Notes under the pieces: model-generated
The model's database searches: none
What the model saw: only the letters and a program-made list of their open reading frames with translations
What the model was told of the DNA's origin: nothing
Position numbers and translations under genes: made by a program
Source: an uncultured Planctomycetota bacterium
GTDB taxonomy: Bacteria > Planctomycetota > Planctomycetia > Pirellulales > Lacipirellulaceae
Assembly: GCA_963719315.1 (NCBI GenBank)
Contig: CAVRBU010000004.1
Coordinates: 128,001 to 192,000 of the forward strand
Length of the DNA stretch: 64,000 nt
Direction of reading: 5' to 3'
Shown here: positions 22,343 to 32,188 of the stretch, in pieces
How positions within the stretch are numbered: the stretch's first letter is position 1
Layout of the letters: every line of letters starts with the position of its first letter

Positions 22343-23071
22343 ATGAGCGGACCACGGAAGACAGCCATCGTGACCGGAGCTTCGCAGGGAATCGGCGCGG
22401 AAATCGTGAAAGGTTTTGTCGAACGGGGTTTCAACGTCGTTGCCAATTCTCGGAAGATGACGCAATCCACCGAGGTCGCGGCTTCCGACCAGGTAGCTCT
22501 GGTGGACGGCCACATCGGCAAGCAGGCAACTGCGGCCAAGATCGTCGAGACGGCGTTGTCTCGCTTCAAGTCAATCGATGTACTGGTCAACAATGCCGGC
22601 ATCTTCTTTACCAAACCATTCACGGACTACACGGCCGAGGACTTCAAGTCACTCATCTCGACGAACGTCGAGGGTTTCCTGTATGTCACCCAACTCGCCG
22701 TCAAGCAAATGTTGGCGCAGAAGACAGGCGGGAGCATTGTCACGATCACGGCGGCCCTGGCTCGAAACCCGATCCGGGGCGTGACGGCGGCGGTGCCGAT
22801 GATCACCAAAGGCGGTCTTGAAACGATCACACAGCACCTAGCGATGGAGTATGCGAAAGACGGCATCCGCGTGAACGCTGTCGCGCCCGGCGTCGTCGAT
22901 ACGCCGCTTCACCGGGACACTCCGAAGGACGCGATGGAAAGCCTATCGCCGATGGGTCGGCCTTCGACCGTCAAGGACATCGCGGACGCGGTCATGTACC
23001 TGACCGACGCTGCGACGGTCACGGGTGACATTCTGTACGTGGATGGTGGCGCTCATTTCGGCCGCTGGTAA
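22343..23071 (+). CDS. Short-chain dehydrogenase/reductase
   Basis: TGASQGIG, NNAG, IRVNAVAPG, VDGG. The YxxxK position reads PMITK (atypical). Confidence 0.92.
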   Translation: MSGPRKTAIVTGASQGIGAEIVKGFVERGFNVVANSRKMTQSTEVAASDQVALVDGHIGKQATAAKIVETALSRFKSIDVLVNNAGIFFTKPFTDYTAEDFKSLISTNVEGFLYVTQLAVKQMLAQKTGGSIVTITAALARNPIRGVTAAVPMITKGGLETITQHLAMEYAKDGIRVNAVAPGVVDTPLHRDTPKDAMESLSPMGRPSTVKDIADAVMYLTDAATVTGDILYVDGGAHFGRW

Positions 23072-23109
23072 TTGCAAATTACACCAGCCCTTGCTGAACC
23101 GGAGGCGTT

Positions 23110-23532
23110 ATGAAGACCGCTGTGAGAGCAATCGTAGCACTGAGCCTTGCCTTTGCCGGCCTCGCCCTTTACGCAGCCAAAGGAGACGAAAAAATGGACA
23201 CGCGAGTATTCGAGTTGCGGACCTACACTGCCACACCGGGCAAGATTGAAGCCTTGCATGGTCGCTTCCGTGACCATACCTTGAAGCTATTCGAAAAACA
23301 CCACATGACGGTCATCGGGTTTTGGAAACCAACCGATGAGCAGCAGGCAAAACGACAAATGGTCTATCTGCTGGCGTTCCCCAGCCAAGAAGCAGCGGTA
23401 AAAAGTTGGGAGGACTTTCAAGCTGACCCAGAATGGAAGGCAGTGAAAGAGTCCTCGGAGAAGGATGGCAAGCTGGTCGAAAAAATCGAATCGGTCTACC
23501 TGAAGCCCATCAATCATTCGGCACTAAGATAG
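23110..23532 (+). CDS. NIPSNAP family protein, exported
   Basis: GGAGG RBS; signal peptide; FELRTY..PGK, RFRDHT, F..DPEW. Confidence 0.9.
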   Translation: MKTAVRAIVALSLAFAGLALYAAKGDEKMDTRVFELRTYTATPGKIEALHGRFRDHTLKLFEKHHMTVIGFWKPTDEQQAKRQMVYLLAFPSQEAAVKSWEDFQADPEWKAVKESSEKDGKLVEKIESVYLKPINHSALR

Positions 23533-23720
23533 TCTGTCGCGGCGGCCCGCAAGGTTTGTCAGCTCGCTTGGAGAGGTAGGATGCCGTAGGGTTGTCGGCT
23601 CTGCGATCCGATGTGTATGCGCTTTCCGCGACACACCGTCAACAGAATTGGCGAGATGATGATTGCGGGTGCTGGTAGTTGAAAAACGGACTTTCCAAAA
23701 AATCGCCGTAGGTAAACACA

Positions 23721-24188
23721 ATGTCGAACATTTTGAATCCCGGAACACCGGCCCCGGATTTCAACCTTCATGTCACTCCGGATCAAAAGCTATCCCTGAG
23801 TGAACTCCGCGGCAGGCCGGTGATCCTTGCTTTCTATCCCGCCGATTGGAGCCCGGTCTGCGGGGATCAGATGGCGTTGTACAACGAGGTGCTTCCGGAT
23901 TTTCAGAAACACGGAGCGGAGCTGCTGGGAATCTCGGTTGATGGAGTCTGGTGCCATGCGGAGTTTGCAAAGGACCGTCACCTGCATTTCCCCTTGCTTG
24001 CGGATTTCGAGCCCAAGGGTGAGGTCGCAAAAAAATACCGGGCATTTCGCGTTAGCGACGGGTTTTCCGAGCGTGCTCTTTTCGTCATCGATAAAAAGGG
24101 GATGATATTTTGGAGCTACTGTTCACCGGTCGGCGTTAATCCCGGCGCGGACGGCATTCTTCAGGCGCTGGAAGAACTTCCTAAGTGA
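23721..24188 (+). CDS. Peroxiredoxin/redoxin (AhpC/TSA family)
   Basis: APDF, FYPADWSPVC, GISVD, FPLLADF, ERALFVID. Confidence 0.92.
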   Translation: MSNILNPGTPAPDFNLHVTPDQKLSLSELRGRPVILAFYPADWSPVCGDQMALYNEVLPDFQKHGAELLGISVDGVWCHAEFAKDRHLHFPLLADFEPKGEVAKKYRAFRVSDGFSERALFVIDKKGMIFWSYCSPVGVNPGADGILQALEELPK

Positions 24189-24204
24189 AGGAGGAGCCCC
24201 TGCC

Positions 24205-24729
24205 ATGTTGAAAACACCGATTATGTTGAAAGATCACGTGCAGGGTGATCAGCAGGCCGCGATCACTCTGGTCGAGTTCGGCGACTATGAATGTCCCCAT
24301 TGCGGGCATGCCTATCCGATTATTAAGCACGTGCAAAAGCATTTCGGCCCACGACTGAGGTTTGTGTTTCGCAACTTCCCGTTGAACGAGATCCACCCCA
24401 ACGCGGAAGCCGCCGCGGAGGCCGCGGAGTTCGCGGCGAACCACGGGCGTTTCTGGGAGATGCACGACGGCATCTATGAGAACCAGGAGAAAATCGGGCT
24501 TCCGTTTTTCCTCGAACTGGCGTCGATACTTGCGCTCTCCGCGCCGGACCTCCGCAAAGCGCTGGCAACGCGGGAGTTTGCCCCGCGGGTGAAGGAAGAT
24601 TTTCTCGGCGGCGTTCGCAGCGGGGTCAACGGCACGCCAACGTTCTTTATCAATGAGCAGCGGCACGACGGGCCGTTTGAGTTTGAGAACCTTGTCGAGG
24701 CGATCGAAGCCCGGGTATCGAAATCATAG
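24205..24729 (+). CDS. DsbA-like thioredoxin domain protein
   Basis: GDYECPHC, FRNFPL..IHP, GVNGTPTFFIN. Confidence 0.92.
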   Translation: MLKTPIMLKDHVQGDQQAAITLVEFGDYECPHCGHAYPIIKHVQKHFGPRLRFVFRNFPLNEIHPNAEAAAEAAEFAANHGRFWEMHDGIYENQEKIGLPFFLELASILALSAPDLRKALATREFAPRVKEDFLGGVRSGVNGTPTFFINEQRHDGPFEFENLVEAIEARVSKS

Positions 24730-24920
24730 ATGGATGAGATGTTGCTGCGCCGATTCAATGGACGGCGAAGCATCAGAATCACACAGCAGCCCTTAAACGG
24801 CCGCTCGCTAACAGGACGACCAGTCCATCGGGCGCGGTCGGGTGGGTGAAAGCTGCGTTGCGCATTACGGTCTAGGGAACGCCGCCGAGCATCGCCGTCT
24901 GGACGATGGGCATCGGCTCG

Positions 24921-24974
24921 CTCACGAATGAAATTCTCTACGTCGATGGCGGCGCTCATTTCGACCGCTGGTAA
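24921..24974 (+). pseudogene. Relic C-terminus of an SDR paralog
   Basis: LTNEILYVDGGAHFDRW* versus VTGDILYVDGGAHFGRW* at the end of 22343-23071. No upstream gene body. Confidence 0.75.
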
Positions 24975-25053
24975 TTAAATTAAATGGAGCGTTCGTCATG
25001 ACCACTAACCCAACGACCAGCGAGAACAAAATACCCGCCAGGGACACTACCCT

Positions 25054-25662
25054 ATGAATCGGACAGCGCCCACCCCCTGGAAACCAACCAAAGCCCAGCT
25101 CCTCGCCGCGAGAAACAAGGCTGTCTCAGATCTCATCGCCAAAAACCTCATCGTCCTGTTCGCTGGCATCAACCCCGGCCTCTACACGGCTGCCATCGGC
25201 CGCCACTTCGGCCGCCCTGGCAACCGCTTTTGGCCTGCCCTCTACGGCGGCGGCTTCACGCCGCGCCTCTTCTCCCCCTTTGAAGAGTCCCTTCTTCTCG
25301 ACCTCAAATTCGGCATCACCAACGTCGTGCAACGCGCTACCGCGCGCGCCGATGAACTCACCGACGACGAGCTTCGCGCCGGTGGCAAGCGCCTCGAAGC
25401 CAAAGTCAAACGCTGGCGCCCCACCGTCGTCGCCTTCGTCGGCATCGGACCATATCGCATAATCTCCGGCATCAAAGACGCCCGCGTCGGCCTCCAAAAG
25501 GACCCCTTCGGCGGCAGCCACGCCTGGGTCCTCCCCAACCCCAGCGGCCTCAACGCCCACTACCTACCTGCTGCCCTCGCACAACTCTTCGGAGACCTCC
25601 GCGTCTGGGCCATTGCACAGCACAGACGCCGCCGAAATAAGCGCCCCATTTCCCAGTTGTGA
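25054..25662 (+). CDS. mug: G/U mismatch-specific DNA glycosylase
   Basis: GINPG, HFGRPGNRFW, GITNVV.RAT, VLPNPSGLNA. Confidence 0.9.
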   Translation: MNRTAPTPWKPTKAQLLAARNKAVSDLIAKNLIVLFAGINPGLYTAAIGRHFGRPGNRFWPALYGGGFTPRLFSPFEESLLLDLKFGITNVVQRATARADELTDDELRAGGKRLEAKVKRWRPTVVAFVGIGPYRIISGIKDARVGLQKDPFGGSHAWVLPNPSGLNAHYLPAALAQLFGDLRVWAIAQHRRRRNKRPISQL

Positions 25663-25785
25663 TCAGGAGGACCTATCTTGATGAAATACCTGTTGGTTAG
25701 CGTTGCACTCGCCGCGCTAGTTTAGAGCTGGTCCGCAACAGTCGCGGGCTGAATTCCACCTGGGAAACATCAGAGGAGTGAAACA

Positions 25786-26735
25786 ATGGTAGAACCCGAC
25801 AACCTTCGCTATACGAAGATACCGCTCAACAACGGATCCGGCGCGATCCCCGCGCTCGGATTTGGCACATTGATTCCCGACCCCGTGGCAACGAAAAACG
25901 CGACCAAGGCGGCGCTGGAAGCAGGATTTCGTCAGCTCGACACTTCGGAACGCTACCGAACTGAAAAAGAAGTCGGCGAAGCGATGCAGGAGGTGTTCAA
26001 GGCGGGAAAGATCAAGCGGGAGGACGTGTTCGTTGCCACGAAGCTCTGGAACAACAATCATCGTCCCGAACGCGCCAAACCGCGCCTTCGAGGCTAGTCT
26101 CAAGAAACTCCAACTCGACTACGTCGATCTCTATCTCATCCACACCCCCTTTGCCTTCCAACCTGGAGACGAGCAAGACCCGAGGGATGCGAACGGCAAT
26201 GTGATTTATGATAAAGGGGTTACGTTGCTGGATACATGGAGGACGTTGGAGGGCCTAGTGGACGAGGGCAAGTGCTAAGGCCATCGGATTATCCGACGTT
26301 AGTTTGGAACAGACGAAAGAAATTTTTGATGCCGCGAGGATCAAGCCCGCGGTAGTTCACGTCGAATCCCATCCGTACCTCCCAGAATGGGACCTTTTGG
26401 ACTACTGCAGAAAGAATCGCATCGTGCTGCAAGCTTTCGCGGCGCTAGGGCACAGTATGGAGCCCAAGTTGCTGGAAGATCCTGTCATCACCGCGATCGC
26501 GGGGCGAGTCAACAAGACCCCCGCGCAAGTTTTGCTCGCCTGGGCAATCCAGCGCGGGACGGCGCTGCTGACTACCTCGAAGACCCCTAGCCGGATCAAG
26601 GAGAACTTTGATGTCTCCGCCATTCCCGAAGACGCCATGCAAGAGATTAGCGAAGGAATCCAAACGCGGGTCAGATTCAATGCCGTTGTCGAGACCGGCG
26701 TTCCGGGGTTCATTCCAAGAGGAAAGGGAGATTGA
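25786..26735 (+). pseudogene. Aldo/keto reductase split by two apparent +1 frameshifts (~26081, ~26276); pseudogene or sequencing error
   Basis: IPALGFGT, LDT, FVATKLW | SLKKLQLDYVDLYLIH | (K)AIGLSD..VESHPY..TPAQVLLAW..RIKENF, spread over three ORFs. Confidence 0.8.
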
Positions 26736-26842
26736 GACGGCAATCATTCCAGCAGGTGAGCGTTCAAATTTTCAGGCTTGGGCATTCGAGGCGGAATGCT
26801 GTCAGTTTACCTTCACAGAGCCTCCTAACAATTGAGCCGTAA

Positions 26843-27183
26843 GGACACTGCAGCATCGCTAACGTGTCGTCCACTTACGGTCGGGTCGGTGGGGCGGGCG
26901 CGTCGGTATACCTAGCCAGCAAGCATACGGTCGAAGGTCTGACTAAGGCGGCTGCGCTCGAAGCGACGGAGTCGGGCGTGCGCGTCAACGTCGTCGCTCC
27001 AGGCCCGATCGAGACAGGGATGCTGAACCGTTTCACTGGAACCGCCACGAAAAAGGCTGCCTTGGTTTCCGGCGTGCTTATGAAGCGCGTCGACACACCC
27101 GAAGAGATCGCACAGACCATCGTATGTGTCCGACAAGGCGTCTTTCATCACGGGCGCTTCCAACGCCGTCGACGGCGGAAAAG
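26843..27183 (+). pseudogene. C-terminal half of an SDR; N-terminus missing, internal frameshift near 27125
   Basis: SIANVSS, YLASKH, VRVNVVAPGPIET, then SDKASFITG..AVDGG in another frame. In-frame TAA directly upstream. Confidence 0.8.
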
Positions 27184-27328
27184 TGGTTCGCCGATTTGTC
27201 AGTGCCCATGCGGGGAATGTGTCATCAAGTCGTCTAACTGCGGGAGGCATGAGACTTGCCAAGTAACGACCCGTTTTTGGTATTGGCGGCCGCGTTCGTC
27301 GTTGGTGGTAGTCGGAAACGAACACTTA

Positions 27329-28295
27329 GAACCCCTAACAAAACCCTTCGGTGAGTATGTTGAAGCAGATGAGAGATTGAGCCAGAGTCACAAAGGCTTT
27401 ATGGATATCGGCCCTCCGATCAAATCGCGTTCGCAGCCGCCGGAAATTATTCATCCAACTGAGCGTACGTTCGGAAACCCAACGATAAATTCCTAGGCCG
27501 CTGCCATGTTCCGTATTGCGTTTAGCCAAGTGGGGTTTGATGCCGCGATCGCGGAGTGCTTGTCGGTGCTTTTCGGAGTCGTACGCCCGATCCGCATACA
27601 CCTCTTCCGGACGCTGTTTCGGCCGGCCCGGTTTGCCCGCCACCGGCTCGATTCCGTCAATCAACGGGATCAGTTGGGTCACGTCGTGTCGATTGGCGGC
27701 GGTGAGAATGAATTTGAGCGGGACGCCGTTCGCATCGGTGACCACATGATGTTTACTGCCGGGTTTTCGCCGATCCGTTGGGTTCGGTCCCGTTTTTTCG
27801 CCGCCCCCTACAGCACGAACCGTCGCACTATCGACTGCCGCTCGCGACCAATCGAGTTGATCGGCGCTGCGCAGATTCTCCAACAATGTTTGTTTCAACG
27901 CCTCCCAGACGCCTGCTTCGTGCCACTCCTGTAACCGTCGCCAGCAGGTCATTCCAGATCCACATCCCATTTCCAGGGGAAGATATTCCCAAGGAATACC
28001 CGTTCGTAAAACAAAAATGATTCCGGTCAAGACTTTGCGATCATCGATCCGCGGTCGGCCTCCTTTGGGGCTCGGTTCGTGTTCAGGGAGTAAAGGAGAC
28101 AACATCTCCCACAATTCGTCAGGAACTAATTCTTTAGCCATCGTTGGTCCTCCAGATAGTTGGTTTCACTCCAAAGGAATTCTGGGGACAATCAACGCCG
28201 TGTCACGACTGCAATTTCAAAAACAAGTTTTACATCTTCCACAACGACTCGAATCAATTACTAGCACTGCTAGTAGACAGTATTGTTAGGGGTTC
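27329..28295 (-). mobile_element. IS5-family insertion sequence (IS402/IS427-like), 967 bp
   Basis: Terminal IRs GAACCCCTAACAAAAC (27329-27344) and GTATTGTTAGGGGTTC (28280-28295), 15/16 match. TTA flanks both ends (27326-27328, 28296-28298). Confidence 0.93.
27335..28141 (-). CDS. IS5-family DDE transposase
   Basis: GGRPR, VLRTGIPW, CWRRL..W...GVW, AVDS, ADRAYDS, RWVSERT..W...FRRL. Stop codon lies inside the IR. Confidence 0.95.
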   Translation of the reverse strand: MAKELVPDELWEMLSPLLPEHEPSPKGGRPRIDDRKVLTGIIFVLRTGIPWEYLPLEMGCGSGMTCWRRLQEWHEAGVWEALKQTLLENLRSADQLDWSRAAVDSATVRAVGGGEKTGPNPTDRRKPGSKHHVVTDANGVPLKFILTAANRHDVTQLIPLIDGIEPVAGKPGRPKQRPEEVYADRAYDSEKHRQALRDRGIKPHLAKRNTEHGSGLGIYRWVSERTLSWMNNFRRLRTRFDRRADIHKAFVTLAQSLICFNILTEGFC

Positions 28296-28370
28296 TTAGG
28301 AAAACTCGGTCCGAAGGCGGCGCAGTGCGGCCGCTCGAGCGTGGTTGCTGAAGCGCTTACGAGTGGATCG

Positions 28371-30088
28371 CTACTCGCTTGCTGGTTGACCAGAAACCGT
28401 GCGTCGATTCGCGGGACTCAGCCGGTACCCGCGAATTGCGATCGTGTTGTCGGCGGCCCAATTAGTTTTTCCGGGATAGGCTTTGCTGTCGCACTCCATG
28501 CCGGCCGCGATGTCGATCGTCTGACCAAGTTTGACAATCGGCCGACTCTGGGAATCTTTTAGGAAACCGGTGAAGGCGGACGCGATCTCGACTTCGTGCC
28601 CGTCTGGCGAAACGGCCAGTCGAATGGTGTCGCTGGTGCCGAGCTTCAGGTCCTCGGTGATCTCGGTCAATCCATCACGATAGATGTATTCTGATTTATA
28701 GTTTGCCCGTTCGACGCCTTTTGAATCAAACCGGCCATAGCGACTCTTACCGATGGTGAGCTGCTGTTTCAAAACGTTGTCGTCCCCGCCTAGTCCGCAG
28801 AAGCCGTAGAATGATTTGCGAAAGGCATTGTTGACAAACTCGAACTGGACCTCGCAATCATCTCCTATGTCGACGCCGAAGTAGCATTCGTCGTCGGCGC
28901 CGGCAGGAATCCAGTGCCGGGATTCTGATCGACATCCATGTAGGCGTAGAAGTAGCTGCGCCCGCCATCGGGGTGCGATCGACCGACCTGCCCAGCCACG
29001 CGGGCGTAAAGATAAATGTGCTGGTCGTCGTGAGCGACCTTGAACTCCAAGATGTCAACGTCTGGAACGTAATCCAGATAGGGAGCCAAATCGCCGCGGC
29101 GATCGTCTACGCCCGCTACGTTCCGCCAATCGTCGAAGTTGCCGTCGATTGTGATGTCGGCATGCGATGCTTCAGGGTTATCAGCAGGCCGACGGGTATC
29201 GACAATGATGAGCGACTTGCTTTTATCCTGGACCGCGGCGGTAAACTCGCCGCTAAATGCGACTGTCACGCTCGGCTCCGCGCCCGTTTTGCCGCTGGCA
29301 CCCGCTCGATAGGCGGCTTCCGGCAAGTAGGTTCCAGTTCTGTTGTCGAACGAACCAAGCTCAACGTCCGACCGCCGGAACACGCTCGGCACAGTGGCCT
29401 TCGCGAGCATCACCGGCTTTCCCCCGTTCTGAAGCAACAGCGAGACGTTCGAAGACTTTTCCACTTCACTACTGTTGTCCGATGGCGCAAAGTCGATCGA
29501 GAACCGCCCGGCGACGTTGTTGCCCTCGGCGTCCCGCAATTCCAATGGCAGGAAGTCAAGCGACTCGGATACGAGCGGCCCTGGGACTGCGATCTCATAG
29601 TAGAGCGCGTTTTCTTGGGAATCATATCTGAGCACCGACGCGTCAGTTGGCCATGTTGGCAATAACTCGCGGTTATTGTAATAGAAGTCGTTTGTCGAAA
29701 AGCGACCCTGGCCGTCGACTGCGCCGATGACTTGTTCCCGGTTTCTTGTGAAGGCGTAAATTTTTCGCAGATCGTTGTCGTCAATAATGCGCGCTTCACG
29801 CATGTAACGGCGGCAGCGCGGTTCATGGTCTTCGATAGTCGTGACGACGCAGAAGTCGGTGGCAATCGGTCGGACGCCCGGCTTGGGATACACCAATGCA
29901 GTGGGGGAACCCGGATCGCAGAACCAAATCAAGTCTCGATTGGCAAAGGTTAGTTTAAATGTGACTTGCCTGTTGAAGACAACTGCGCCGGCGTCGGTCC
30001 GTTCAGCGGCGTTTGTATGAGCGTTGCCATCATTGAGTATTATTCCCCAGGCGAGAACCGGAATCGAGACAAGGCGAACGCTAAACAT
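28371..30088 (-). CDS. Exported hypothetical protein with DOMON/CBM9-like segment; frameshift near 28900
   Basis: ATG with GGAG RBS; ITIDGNFDDW..D..GD...DILEFKVAHDDQHIYLY..YMDVDQNPGTG. After one missing base it reads on as DDECYFGVDIGDDCE...NVLKQQ into ORF 28371-28772. Confidence 0.7.
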
Positions 30089-30205
30089 TTGCCGAATTCT
30101 CCAGAGTTGCACAATGACTAACACGTCACGCTGCCCGTACTGTTCGCCGGCGTGCGCCGGCGTGGTATTGCTGGCAGGATCAAGTTGCCGACATGAAATG
30201 TTGGA

Positions 30206-32119
30206 TTAGTGAGTCACTTTCTCGATTGGAAATCTTCGCCGTTCCAGGCGGGGACCCGCGAATTCCAGTTCGAGGATGGCTTCGCCTTCGGCTTCAAAAA
30301 AGTCAATGCGGAGCTTGTGCTTTCCAGCAGACAATTTCGTCGCACCACTCAACTCCAGCAGGCTGTGGTCGCCATCGTTGTCGATGACGAGCTGATCATC
30401 GATATACAACTTGCTTCCGTCGTCGGATTTCAAATAGAAAGTGTACTCTCCGGCTGAGTCAACGTCGAAATTGCCATCCAGCACCATACCCCAATTGTCG
30501 GCCGCTGGTTGCCGCGATTCCACGTTCAAGTCCGTGGCCACGCTCTCGAAAACCGGCGTCAGTTTGCTGAAGTCTGGCATGCGAGTCCAGCTTCCTTTGT
30601 AAACGCGATAGCGCAGCCCCACGCCGGCAGGCACGCGTTTGTAAGTTTGCCGTGATGTGGCCGTGCCGTGGCCGTCTTTATTGAACATGCGGGCTTGAAG
30701 CGTCGCTGACTCATGGATCGCCACCGGCCTTTCGCACGCCGGTGAGGAACTGGTCGGGACACTACCGTCCATCGTATAACGCACCGTGAACCCGGGTTTC
30801 GCTTCCTCGGCTACGATGGAAACGGAGTCGACGAACTCCGGTGCAACCGTCCGGATCAAATCAACCCGGCTCGGTCGCAGCGGGATGTCGCGCGTGCCGC
30901 TCATGAATATTTCTTTCTTGTTGGCCAAGTCGAAGCCCATGATCCAGTTCAGTTGCAGGAGAGCTGGATCCTTCGTGGGGATTGCCTCGCTGGACTGCAC
31001 ATTGATCGCAACCACCTTTTCGCTTCTAGCGGGAATAGTCATCTCAATCTGCGATGGTTCCATTTTCACTTCGTGACAATGTTGGAACTTGGCCTTTACC
31101 TGCAACTCACGCGCTGCCGGATTCCAAAGGGTCAGATAGATCGTACCCGAGGAAACTGACTCTTCGCTGTCTGTCAGTACCAAATACGGCAGGTCGCTGC
31201 TTTGAGCGAGCGACTCGGTAAGATCGTAATCGTCGCGGGTCGTCACATTGTGGGGCAGAATTCCGTCGAGCGTGATGTTGGCCATCACGGGGCCGTCGTC
31301 GGTGACGGTCACCAGCGTGATATGGTCGAACTCACCGTACCTGGGTCCGCGCAACTTGCTGCCGCCGCCGGTCGAAGCCAGCACATAGTAGTTCGTGTTA
31401 TTGCGAAACTCGTGCAAGTAGCGGTGAAAGTGCCCCGCGATGACGGTGTGCCGTCGACCTTCAAGCAACTTCTCGATTTTTGCAAACCCACTCGGGGCGG
31501 GGTACAGCCACAGCGGATGGTGCAAGAACACAAACGTCCAACGCGCGTCCGGATACTTGGCTAACGCTTTCTTCATTAATGCAACCTGCGCGTCGGGGAT
31601 GATATCTCCTTTTTCACCGGTCGAATCCAATGCCAGGAACAGCACGTCTTTGTAGACGAAGGAGTAGTAGGGTACGCCTGAACGCTCTTTCCAGACGTCG
31701 CGCATCACGTCGTTGTTGATATCGTGGTTGCCGGGTACGAAAAAGAACGGAACTTTGAGCGGCTTCAGCTCCGCGTCAAAATCCGCCCATTCCTTCGCCA
31801 GCTTCGCGCGGTCGGCCGTGTTGCCAGGGATGAAATCGCCCACGCTCATTACGAACTCGGGCATGATCAGATTCAGCTTCTGCGCCGCATCCTTAAACAC
31901 TCCGGGCCGCACTCCCCCCGCGCGGTCGCTTACAATCGCAAATTTGAAATTCTTCGGATCGTTGTAGAATTTGAGGTGCGTCCACGGCTTGATCGCCGTC
32001 TCGACATCGCTCTGGAAGTTCCCGGTCTCGCGTTGAGCTTCGACGGCCGACACGAATCCAATGGTGCCTAGGACCCACAACGCGACAACAATCCAGTGGC
32101 GATTGAGTTTCGATGACAT
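30206..32119 (-). CDS. Calcineurin-like metallophosphoesterase + Fn3-associated domain + PA14 domain, exported
   Basis: SDR, VGD, PGNHD, HHP, AGHFH; YTMDGSVP; SDDGSKLYID..IDNDGDH. Confidence 0.88.
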   Translation of the reverse strand: MSSKLNRHWIVVALWVLGTIGFVSAVEAQRETGNFQSDVETAIKPWTHLKFYNDPKNFKFAIVSDRAGGVRPGVFKDAAQKLNLIMPEFVMSVGDFIPGNTADRAKLAKEWADFDAELKPLKVPFFFVPGNHDINNDVMRDVWKERSGVPYYSFVYKDVLFLALDSTGEKGDIIPDAQVALMKKALAKYPDARWTFVFLHHPLWLYPAPSGFAKIEKLLEGRRHTVIAGHFHRYLHEFRNNTNYYVLASTGGGSKLRGPRYGEFDHITLVTVTDDGPVMANITLDGILPHNVTTRDDYDLTESLAQSSDLPYLVLTDSEESVSSGTIYLTLWNPAARELQVKAKFQHCHEVKMEPSQIEMTIPARSEKVVAINVQSSEAIPTKDPALLQLNWIMGFDLANKKEIFMSGTRDIPLRPSRVDLIRTVAPEFVDSVSIVAEEAKPGFTVRYTMDGSVPTSSSPACERPVAIHESATLQARMFNKDGHGTATSRQTYKRVPAGVGLRYRVYKGSWTRMPDFSKLTPVFESVATDLNVESRQPAADNWGMVLDGNFDVDSAGEYTFYLKSDDGSKLYIDDQLVIDNDGDHSLLELSGATKLSAGKHKLRIDFFEAEGEAILELEFAGPRLERRRFPIEKVTH

Positions 32120-32188
32120 ATATGGTCTCCCACAAGGCAAAATGTTTGTATCGGTTGACTTCAGTGCACGAGCCAAATCGCGGCTAAT

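Noticed and set aside
27506..27934. 142-aa ORF on the strand opposite the transposase
   Set aside because: Antisense ORF inside the IS5 transposase; no independent motif or evidence of function.
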